Source of the DNA: Eledone cirrhosa
Lineage: Eukaryota
Assembly: GCA_964016885.1 (NCBI GenBank)
Contig: OZ024741.1
Span: forward strand, 357,864,001-357,928,000
DNA: 64,000 nt
Direction of reading: 5' to 3'
The position numbers and the translations under genes were made by a program. Below, piece after piece: positions 1 to 11,100 of this stretch; position 1 is the first letter of the stretch, and the number at the start of each line of letters is the position of its first letter. The notes beneath the pieces are model-generated. The model was not told the DNA's origin and searched no databases. It saw only the letters and a list, made by a program, of their open reading frames with translations.

Positions 1-27
1 TCTACAGCTGGATGCAAGGGTGTAAAA

Positions 28-160
28 TAATAATTGCTTCTACTATTGGCACAAGGCCAGCAATTACCCAGTACATTACTGGTACTTTATTTTATCGACC
101 CCGTAAGGATGAAAAGCAAAGTTAACCTCGGCGGGATTTGAACTCGGAATGGCAAGGGCC
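28..160 (-). mobile_element. tRNA-derived SINE, 5'-truncated copy (same family as 51045-51233)
   Basis: Nearly co-linear with 51045-51180. The minus strand has B-box GAGTTCAAATCC followed by the conserved core CTTTTCATCCTTACGGGGTCGATAAAATAAAGTACCAG and an AT-rich tail. Confidence 0.75.
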
Positions 161-354
161 GTCACACACATATCCTTTTCTTATTCTAACTTCTATGCTC
201 CTAGAGCATCCATCTCCACTGCTAATTTGGTCACCTTGACAGCAGAAGTTAGGGATCCTACTTGAGATTGAAAAAGGTGGATATCACCTTTCCTGTTAAG
301 TCTACTTGCTATCTCACTAACCCCTAGTATCCAAAGAGGGCTCGATAAGGATAA

Positions 355-362
<8 letters not shown>

Positions 363-406
<44 letters not shown>
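363..406. repeat. (AT)n microsatellite
   Basis: Read directly; about 22 AT units. Confidence 0.95.
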
Positions 407-409
<3 letters not shown>

Positions 410-532
410 AAAAGAGTCAGGACCCTAGTGGCTGAGTTCCAGCCGTTTCGACAGCTAGATTCGAACTAACCCACCGGAGCTCAGCCGTCAAAACGACTGT
501 AGCAGTCATCAGGGTCCTGACTCTTTTCCTAT
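405..532. repeat. Imperfect ~128-bp palindrome (MITE/foldback-like)
   Basis: ATAGGAAAAGAGTCAGGACCCT (405-426) is the exact reverse complement of 511-532. The inner arms CAGCCGTTTCGACAGCTAG and CTCAGCCGTCAAAACGACTG also pair imperfectly. Confidence 0.8.
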
Positions 533-657
533 TACCCACTCTACTACCCTAAGTATTGAGTACTTTGGTGCATTATGGTTGTCCTGGTATCTTACCACAC
601 CCTCTTTGTTTTATATATATATATATATAGATATATATGTGTGTGTGATTGTATATA

Positions 658-825
658 TCATCATCATCACATCACGGTTTTATGTCCATTTTCCACACTA
701 GCATGGGTTAAACAAGGTGTCTTGTGGGCAATGCTAGGTCAGGTGACTGTCTTGATCATGCAGAACTGATTTTAGCTTGGTTTCTACAGCTGGATATCCT
801 TCCTAATGCCAATCTCATTTACAGT
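658..825 (-). mobile_element. RTE-tail/SINE-like repeat with (GAT)n tail
   Basis: (CAT)n...TTTTATGTCCATTTTCCACACTAGCATGGGTT...TTTCTACAGCTGGATATCCTTCCTAATGCCAA, homologous to 51403-51570. Confidence 0.7.
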
Positions 826-857
826 GATATATATATACATACATTATATATATATAT

Positions 858-967
858 AATCATCATCATCACCGTTTTACGTCCGTTCTTCCACGCTAGC
901 ATGGGTTAGACGGGTTGTCCTGTTGTGGGCAGTGTCCGGTCGGCTGACCTTGTCTTGCTCATACGGT
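858..967 (-). mobile_element. RTE-tail/SINE-like repeat fragment with (GAT)n tail
   Basis: CATCATCATCACCGTTTTACGTCCGTTCTTCCACGCTAGCATGGGTTAGACGGGTTGTCCTGTTGTGGGCAGTG is almost identical to 51403-51505. Confidence 0.8.
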
Positions 968-1466
968 TATCCTGCTGTAGAAATCAAACCAGAATCGTAG
1001 GAAAAGTAGTAGGTAGAAACTCTATACTAGGGGTTAGTGAGATAGCAGGTAGACTAACAGGAAAGGTGATATACACCTTTTTCAATCTCAAGTAGGATCC
1101 CTAACTTCTGCTGTCAAGGTGACCAAATTAGCAGTGGAGGTGGATGCTCTAGGAGCATAGAAGTTAGAATAAGAAAAGGATATGTGTGTGTATTTTACTC
1201 CCTTGCAAGCGGGGAAAAGCGGATGTAAAAAGATGATGATGATCATCATCATCTGCTTTCCCATGCTTTCTCCTCCACATGTTACATTCTTGTGTAATCT
1301 GAGAAGTCCAGTGTCATGAGATCAGCTCTCATCACCTCTGTCCATACAACAAACTTTTGCATAGTTTGTCAAGACACTGATCAAACACGAGTAAACGATA
1401 GATTATGTTTACTCAAATTGTTATGCGAGATTGAACTTGGAATCATGTAGTTGCGACGCAAACTTC

Positions 1467-1717
1467 TTAACCTTTCTATTACCATATTTTTCATGAAAGA
1501 CACCGACTACAATTTTCAAATAATTTTGAAAACAATCAAACATTTGGAGGGACTTAGTAATATAATTAATTTTCTTATTAAGAGCATAACTAAACAAGAG
1601 TTCTTATATGAATTAGAAAGGAAGATTTTTTAGATAAATATATAACACTTCAAAACAAACAATATTGTAACACAGAACCATGGAAGAGTCCAGATGGTTT
1701 GGTAATGAAAGTGTTAA
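1467..1717. mobile_element. TTAA-flanked (piggyBac-like) MITE, family A
   Basis: TTAA-CCTTTCTATTACCA...TGGTAATGAAAGTG-TTAA imperfect TIRs. The interior is shared with 48877-49100, 53480-53672, 55150-55290 and 57332-57580. Confidence 0.65.
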
Positions 1718-2160
1718 CTACACAGCCATTTGTATGTTAATATTGAGATCACATCAACAAAGTAAGCTTCAAATCCAAGTAAAAATCTTTTAGCAATTGA
1801 GTACCCTTCCAAAATACATTTACTATTTCATATTTAGTAATACTAAAAATTTTAGCTTATAAATTATATAATTTTCTGAAGATAACAATAGTAATGTGTT
1901 AGTATAGCTGATACACAGAAATAGTTAGCAGTAAGAACAAATGACACTTGAAAGCTCAATCAAAATTATTGATAGCTTTTGTTACCTAGGTGACCTAAAC
2001 AATGCTGGAAGTAAGTGTTGTAAAAACATGGTAACTAAAGAACAGGAATTAGTTGGGAGAGCTATTACTTCTGTTGTTAACAATGGGATTCTCTTTCAGA
2101 GTGCATGGCAGATTGTATGATATAAGTCATTTTATGATGTCTGCATTCATTGCCTATATT

Positions 2161-5100
2161 TGGTGGGAAAGAGCAGTCTATACCATGTAATGGTGGGAAA
2201 GAGCAGTCTATACCATGTAATGGTGGGAAAGAGCAGTCTATACCATGTAATGGTGGGAAAGAGCAGTCTATACCATGTAATGATGGGAAAGAGCAGTCTA
2301 TACCATGTAATGGTGGGAAAGAGCTGTGTCTACCATGCAATGGTGAAAAAGAACTGCTCATTCCAAACAATGGTCGGAAAGAGCAGTCTATACCATGTAA
2401 TGGTGGGAAAGAGCTGTGTCTACCATTCAATGGTGAAAAAGAACTGCTCATTCCAAACAATGGTCGGAAAGAGCTGTGTCTACCATGCAATGGTGAAAAA
2501 GAACTGCTCATTCCAAACAATGGTCGGAAAGAGCTGTGTCTACCATGCAATGGTGAAAAAGAACTGCTCATTCCAAACAATGGTCGGAAAGAGAAGTCTA
2601 TACCATGTAATGGTGGGAAAGAGCAGTCTATACCATGTAATGGTGGGAAAGAGCAGTCTATACCATGTAATGGTGGGAAAGAGCAGTCTATACCATGTAA
2701 TGGTGGGAAAGAGCAGTCTATACCATGTAATGGTAGGAAAGAGCTGTGTCTACCATGCAATGGTGAAAAAGAACTGCTCATTCCAAACAATGGTCGGAAA
2801 GAGCAGTCTATACCATGCAATGGTGGGAAAGAGCAGTCTATACCATGTAATGGTGGGAAAGAGCAGTCTATACCATGCAATGGTGGGAAAGAGCAGTCTA
2901 TACCATGTAATGGTGGGAAAGAGCAGTCTATACCATGTAATGGTGGGAAAGAGCAGTCTATACCATGTAATGGTAGGAAAGAGCTGTGTCTACCATGCAA
3001 TGGTGAAAAAGAACTGCTCATTCCAAACAATGGTCGGAAAGAGCAGTCTATACCATGTAATGGTGGGAAAGAGCAGTCTATACCATGCAATGGTGGGAAA
3101 GAGCAGTTTATACCATGTAATGGTAGGAAAGAGCTGTGTCTACCATGCAATGGTGAAAAAGAACTGCTCATTCCAAACAATGGTCAGAAAGAGCAGTCTA
3201 TACCATGTAATGGTGGGAAAGAGCTGTGTCTACCATGTAATGGTGGGAAAGAGCAGTCTATACCATGCAATGGTGGGAAAGAGCTGTCTATACCATGTAA
3301 TGGTGGGAAAGAGCTGTGTCTACCATGTAATGGTGGGAAAGAGCAGTCTATACCATGTAATGGTGGGAAAGAGCTGTGTCTACCATGTAATGGTGGGAAA
3401 GAGCAGTCTATACCATGTAATGGTGGGAAAGAGCAGTCTATACCATGTAATGGTGGGAAAGAGCTGTGTCTACCATGCAATGGTGGGAAAGAGCAGTCTA
3501 TACCATGTAATGGTGGGAAAGAGCTGTGTCTACCATGCAATGGTGAAAAAGAACTGTTCATTCCAAACAATGGTCGGAAAGAGCAGTCTATACCATGTAA
3601 TGGTGGGAAAGAGCAGTCTATACCATGTAATGGTAGGAAAGAGCTGTGTCTACCATGTAATGGTGGGAAAGAGCAGTCTATACCATGTAATGGTGGGAAA
3701 GAGCTGTGTCTACCATGTAATGGTGGGAAAGAGCAGTCTATACCATGTGATGGTGGGAAAAAGCAGTCTATACCATGTAATGGTGGGAAAGAGCAGTCTA
3801 TACCCTGTAATGGTGGGAAAGAGCAGTCTATACCATGTAATGGTGGGAAAGAGCAGTCTATACCCTGTAATGGTGGGAAAGAGAAGTCTGTACCATGTAA
3901 TGGTGGGAAAGAGCTGTGTCTACCATGCAATGGTGAAAAAGAACTGCTCATTCCAAACAATGGTGGGAAAGAGCAGTCTATACCATGTAATGGTGGGAAA
4001 GAGCAGTCTATACCAAGCAATGGTGGGAAAGAGCAGTCTATACCATGTAATGGTGGGAAAGAGCAGTCTATACCATGTAATGGTGGGAAAGAGCAGTCTA
4101 TACCATGTAATGGTGGGAAAGAGCAGTCTATACCATGTAATGGTGGGAAAGAGCAGTCTATACCATGTAATGGTGGGAAAGAGCAGTCTATACCATGTTA
4201 TGGTGGGAAAGAGCAGTCTATACCATGTAATGGTGGGAAAGAGCAGTCTATACCATGTAATGGTGGGAAAGAGCAGTCTATACCATGTAATGGTGGGAAA
4301 GAGCAGTCTATACCATGTAATGGTGGGAAAGAGCAGTCTATACCATGTAATGGTGGGAAAGAGCTGTCTATACCATGTAATGGTGGGAAAGAGCTGTCTA
4401 TACCATGTAATGGTGGGAAAGAGCTGTCTATACCATGTAATGGTGGGAAAGAGCAGTCTATACCATGTAATGGTGGGAAAGAGCAGTCTATACCATGTAA
4501 TGGTGGGAAAGAGCAGTCTATACCATGTAATGGTGGGAAAGAGCTGTTTATGCCATGTAATGGTGGGAAAGAGCAGTCTATACCAAGTAATGGTGGGAAA
4601 GAGCAGTCTATACCATGTGATGGTGGGAAAGAGCAGTCTATACCATGTAATGGTGGGAAAGAGCAGTCTATACCATGTAATGGTGGGAAAGAGCTGTCTA
4701 TACCATGTAATGGTGGGAAAGAGCAGTCTATACCATGTAATGGCGGGAAAGAGCAGTCTATACCCTGTAATGGTGGGAAAGAGCAGTCTATACCCTGTAA
4801 TGGTGGGAAAGAGCAGTCTATACCAAGCAATGGTGGGAAAGAGCAGTCTATACCCTGTAATGGTGGGAAAGAGCAGTCTATACCATGTAATGGTGGGAAA
4901 GAGCAGTCTATACCCTGTAATGGTGGGAAAGAGCAGTCTATACCATGTAATGGTGGGAAAGAGCTGTGTCTACCATGCAATGGTGAAAAAGAACTGCTCA
5001 TTCCTAACAATGGTCGGAAAGAGCAGTCTATACCATGTAATGGTGGGAAAGAGCAGTCTATACCATGTAATGGTGGGAAAGAGCAGTCTATACCCTGTAA

Positions 5101-8100
5101 TGGTGGGAAAGAGCAGTCTGTACCATGTAATGGTGGGAAAGAGCTGTGTCTACCATGCAATGGTGAAAAAGAACTGCTCATTCCTAACAATGGTCGGAAA
5201 GAGCAGTCTATACCATGTAATGGTGGGAAAGAGCAGTCTATACCATGTAATGGTGGGAAAGAGCAGTCTATACCCTGTAATGGTGGGAAAGAGCAGTCTG
5301 TACCATGTAATGGTGGGAAAGAGCTGTGTCTACCATGCAATGGTGAAAAAGAACTGCTCATTCCTAACAATGGTCGGAAAGAGCAGTCTATACCATGTAA
5401 TGGTGGAAAAGAGCAGTCTATACCATGTAATGGTTGGAAAGAGCTGTGTCTACCATGCAATGGTGAAAGAGAACTGCTCATTCCAAACAATGGTCGGAAA
5501 GAGCAGTCTATACCATGTAATGGTGGGAAAGAGCAGTCTATACCATGTGATGGTGGGAAAGAGCAGTCTATACCATGTAACGGTGGGAAAGAGCAGTCTA
5601 TACCATGTAATGGTGGGAAAGAGCAGTCTATACCATGTAATGGTGGGAAAGAGCTGTTTATGCCATGTAATGGTGGGAAAGAGCAGTCTATACCAAGCAA
5701 TGGTGGGAAAGAGCAGTCTATACCATGTGATGGTGGGAAAGAGCAGTCTATACCATGTAATGGTGGGAAAGAGCAGTCTATACCATGTAATGGTGGGAAA
5801 GAGCAGTCTATACCATGTAATGGCGGGAAAGAGCAGTCTATACCAAGCAATGGTGGGAAAGAGCAGTCTATACCATGTAATGGTGGGAAAGAGCAGTCTA
5901 TACCATGTAATGGTGGGAAAGAGCAGTCTATACCATGTAATGGTGGGAAAGAGCTGTGTCTACCATGCAATGGTGAAAAAGAACTGCTCATTCCTAACAA
6001 TGGTCGGAAAGAGCAGTCTATACCATGTAATGGTGGGAAAGAGCAGTCTATACCATGTAATGGTGGGAAAGAGCAGTCTATACCCTGTAATGGTGGGAAA
6101 GAGCAGTCTGTACCATGTAATGGTGGGAAAGAGCTGTGTCTACCATGCAATGGTGAAAAAGAACTGCTCATTCCTAACAATGGTCGGAAAGAGCAGTCTA
6201 TACCATGTAATGGTGGGAAAGAGCAGTCTATACCATGTAATGGTGGGAAAGAGCAGTCTATACCCTGTAATGGTGGGAAAGAGCAGTCTGTACCATGTAA
6301 TGGTGGGAAAGAGCTGTGTCTACCATGCAATGGTGAAAAAGAACTGCTCATTCCTAACAATGGTCGGAAAGAGCAGTCTATACCATGTAATGGTGGAAAA
6401 GAGCAGTCTATACCATGTAATGGTTGGAAAGAGCTGTGTCTACCATGCAATGGTGAAAGAGAACTGCTCATTCCAAACAATGGTCGGAAAGAGCAGTCTA
6501 TACCATGTAATGGTGGGAAAGAGCAGTCTATACCATGTGATGGTGGGAAAGAGCAGTCTATACCATGTAACGGTGGGAAAGAGCAGTCTATACCATGTAA
6601 TGGTGGGAAAGAGCAGTCTATACCATGTAATGGTGGGAAAGAGCTGTTTATGCCATGTAATGGTGGGAAAGAGCAGTCTATACCAAGCAATGGTGGGAAA
6701 GAGCAGTCTATACCATGTGATGGTGGGAAAGAGCAGTCTATACCATGTAATGGTGGGAAAGAGCAGTCTATACCATGTAATGGTGGGAAAGAGCAGTCTA
6801 TACCATGTAATGGCGGGAAAGAGCAGTCTATACCAAGCAATGGTGGGAAAGAGCAGTCTATACCATGTAATGGTGGGAAAGAGCAGTCTATACCATGTAA
6901 TGGTGGGAAAGAGCAGTCTGTACCATGTAATGGTGGGAAAGAGCTGTGTCTACCATGCAATGGTGAAAAAGAACTGCTCATTCCAAACAATGGTGGGAAA
7001 GAGCAGTCTATACCATGTAATGGTGGGAAAGAGCAGTCTATACCAAGCAATGGTGGGAAAGAGCAGTCTATACCATGTAATGGTGGGAAAGAGCAGTCTA
7101 TACCATGTAATGGTGGGAAAGAGCAGTCTATACCATGTAATGGTGGGAAAGAGCAGTCTATACCATGTAATGGTGGGAAAGAGCAGTCTATAACATGTAA
7201 TGGTGGGAAAGAGCAGTCTATACCATGTAATGGTGGGAAAGAGCAGTCTATACCATGTAATGGTAGGAAAGAGCAGTCTATACCATGTAATGGTGGGAAA
7301 GAGCAGTCTATAACAAGCAATGATGGGAAAGAACTGTCTACACCATGTAATGGTGGGAAAGAGCAGTCTATACCATGTAATGGTGGGAAAGAGCAGTCTA
7401 TACCATGTAATGGTGGGAAAGAGCAGTCTATACCCTGTAATGGTGGGAAAGAGCAGTCTATACCCTGTAATGGTGGGAAAGAGCAGTCTATACCATGTAA
7501 TGGTGGGAAAGAGCAGTCTATACCCTGTAATAGTGGGAAAGAGCAGTCTATACCATGTAATGGTGGGAAAGAGCAGTCTATACCATGTAATGGTGGGAAA
7601 GAGCAGTCTATACCCTGTAATGGTGGGAAAGAGCAGTCTATACCATGTAATGGTGGGAAAGAGCAGTCTATACCCTGTAATGGTGGGAAAGAGCAGTCTG
7701 TACCATGTAATGGTGGGAAAGAGCTGTGTCTACCATGCAATGGTGAAAAAGAACTGCTCATTCCAAACAATGGTGGGAAAGAGCAGTCTATACCATGTAA
7801 TGGTGGGAAAGAGCAGTCTATACCATGTAATGGTGGGAAAGAGCAGTCAATACCATGTAATGGTGGGAAAGAGCAGTCTATACCATGTAATGGTGGGAAA
7901 GAGCAGTCTGTACCATGTAATGGTGGGAAAGAGCTGTGTCTACCATGCAATGGTGAAAAAGAACTGCTCATTCCAAACAATGGTGGGAAAGAGCAGTCTA
8001 TACCATGTAATAGTGGGAAAGAGCAGTCTATACCAAGCAATGGTGGGAAAGAGCAGTCTATACCATGTAATGGTGGGAAAGAGCAGTCTATACCATGTAA

Positions 8101-11100
8101 TGGTGGGAAAGAGCAGTCTATACCATGTAATGGTGGGAAAGAGCAGTCTATACCATGTAATGGTGGGAAAGAGCAGTCTATAACATGTAATGGTGGGAAA
8201 GAGCAGTCTATACCATGTAATGGTGGGAAAGAGCAGTCTATACCATGTAATGGTAGGAAAGAGCAGTCTATACCATGTAATGGTGGGAAAGAGCAGTCTA
8301 TAACAAGCAATGATGGGAAAGAACTGTCTACACCATGTAATGGTGGGAAAGAGCAGTCTATACCAAGTAATGGTGGGAAAGAGCAGTCTATACCATGTAA
8401 TGGTGGGAAAGAGCAGTCTATACCCTGTAATGGTGGGAAAGAGCAGTCTATACCCTGTAATGGTGGGAAAGAGCAGTCTATACCATGTAATGGTGGGAAA
8501 GAGCAGTCTATACCCTGTAATAGTGGGAAAGAGCAGTCTATACCATGTAATGGTGGGAAAGAGCAGTCTATACCATGTAATGGTGGGAAAGAGCAGTCTA
8601 TACCCTGTAATGGTGGGAAAGAGCAGTCTATACCATGTAATGGTGGGAAAGAGCAGTCTATACCCTGTAATGGTGGGAAAGAGCAGTCTGTACCATGTAA
8701 TGGTGGGAAAGAGCTGTGTCTACCATGCAATGGTGAAAAAGAACTGCTCATTCCAAACAATGGTGGGAAAGAGCAGTCTATACCATGTAATGGTGGGAAA
8801 GAGCAGTCTATACCATGTAATGGTGGGAAAGAGCAGTCTATACCAAGCAATGGTGGGAAAGAGCAGTCTATACCATGTAATGGTGGGAAAGAGCAGTCTA
8901 TACCATGTAATGGTGGGAAAGAGCAGTCTATACCATGTAATGGTGGGAAAGAGCAGTCTATACCATGTAATGGTGGGAAAGAGCAGTCTATACCATGTTA
9001 TGGTGGGAAAGAGCAGTCTATACCATGTAATGGTAGGAAAGAGCTGTCTATACCATGTAATGGTGGGAAAGAGCTGTCTATACCATGTAATGGTGGGAAA
9101 GAGCAGTCTATACCATGTAATGGTGGGAAAGAGCAGTCTATACCATGTAATGGTGGGAAAGAGCAGTCTATACCATGTAATGGTGGGAAAGAGCAGTCTA
9201 TACCATGTAATGGTGGGAAAGAGCTGTCTATACCATGTAATGGTGGGAAAGAGCTGTCTATACCATGTAATGGTGGGAAAGAGCTGTCTATACCATGTAA
9301 TGGTGGGAAAGAGCAGTCTATACCATGTAATGGTGGGAAAGAGCAGTCTATACCATGTAATGGTGGGAAAGAGCAGTCTATACCATGTAATGGTGGGAAA
9401 GAGCAGTCTATACCATGTAATGGTGGGAAAGAGCTGTTTATGCCATGTAATGGTGGGAAAGAGCAGTCTATACCAAGCAATGGTGGGAAAGAGCAGTCTA
9501 TACCATGTGATGGTGGGAAAGAGCAGTCTATACCATGTAATGGTGGGAAAGAGCAGTCTATACCATGTAATGGTGGGAAAGAGCTGTCTATACCATGTAA
9601 TGGTGGGAAAGAGCAGTCTATACCATGTAATGGCGGGAAAGAGCAGTCTATACCCTGTAATGGTGGGAAAGAGCAGTCTATACCCTGTAATGGTGGGAAA
9701 GAGCAGTCTATACCAAGCAATGGTGGGAAAGAGCAGTCTATACCCTGTAATGGTGGGAAAGAGCAGTCTATACCATGTAATGGTGGGAAAGAGCAGTCTA
9801 TACCCTGTAATGGTGGGAAAGAGCAGTCTATACCATGTAATGGTGGGAAAGAGCTGTGTCTACCATGCAATGGTGAAAAAGAACTGCTCATTCCTAACAA
9901 TGGTCGGAAAGAGCAGTCTATACCATGTAATGGTGGGAAAGAGCAGTCTATACCATGTAATGGTGGGAAAGAGCAGTCTATACCCTGTAATGGTGGGAAA
10001 GAGCAGTCTGTACCATGTAATGGTGGGAAAGAGCTGTGTCTACCATGCAATGGTGAAAAAGAACTGCTCATTCCTAACAATGGTCGGAAAGAGCAGTCTA
10101 TACCATGTAATGGTGGGAAAGAGCAGTCTATACCATGTAATGGTGGGAAAGAGCAGTCTATACCCTGTAATGGTGGGAAAGAGCAGTCTGTACCATGTAA
10201 TGGTGGGAAAGAGCTGTGTCTACCATGCAATGGTGAAAAAGAACTGCTCATTCCTAACAATGGTCGGAAAGAGCAGTCTATACCATGTAATGGTGGAAAA
10301 GAGCAGTCTATACCATGTAATGGTTGGAAAGAGCTGTGTCTACCATGCAATGGTGAAAGAGAACTGCTCATTCCAAACAATGGTCGGAAAGAGCAGTCTA
10401 TACCATGTAATGGTGGGAAAGAGCAGTCTATACCATGTAATGGTGGGAAAGAGCAGTCTATACCAAGCAATGGTGGGAAAGAGCAGTCTATACTATGTAA
10501 TGGTGGGAAAGAGCTGTGTCTACCATGCAATGGTGAAAAAGAACTGCTCATTCCAAACAATGGTCGGAAAGAGCAGTCTATACCATGTAATGGGGGGAAA
10601 GAGCAGTCTATACCATGTAATGGTGGGAAAGAGCAGTCTATACCATGTAATGGTGGGAAAGCAGTCTATACCATGTGATGGTGGGAAGAGCAGTCTATAC
10701 CATGTGATGGTGGGAAGAGCAGTCTATGCCATGTGATGGTGGGAAAGAGCAGTCTATGCCATGTGATGGTGGGAAAGAGCAGTCTATGCCATGTGATGGT
10801 GGGAAAGAGCAGTCTATACCATGTGATGGTGGGAAAGAGCAGTCTATACCAAGCAATGGTGGGAAAGAGCAGTCTATACCATGTGATGGTGGGAAAGAGC
10901 AGTCTATACCATGTAACGGTGGGAAAGAGCAGTCTATACCATGTAATGGTGGGAAAGAGCAGTCTATACCATGTAATGGTGGGAAAGAGCTGTTTATGCC
11001 ATGTAATGGTGGGAAAGAGCAGTCTATACCAAGCAATGGTGGGAAAGAGCAGTCTATACCATGTGATGGTGGGAAAGAGCAGTCTATACCATGTAATGGT

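Larger units (their letters stand above)
163..1190. repeat. Inverted repeat pair, arms 163-330 and 1024-1190 (~167 bp, RTE-LINE-derived)
   Basis: The arms are near-perfect reverse complements. The right arm encodes FCCQGDQISSGGGCSRSIEVRIRKG, similar to FCYLDDRINSGGGCSESTITRVRTG in the RTE ORF at 52134-53030. Confidence 0.9.
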
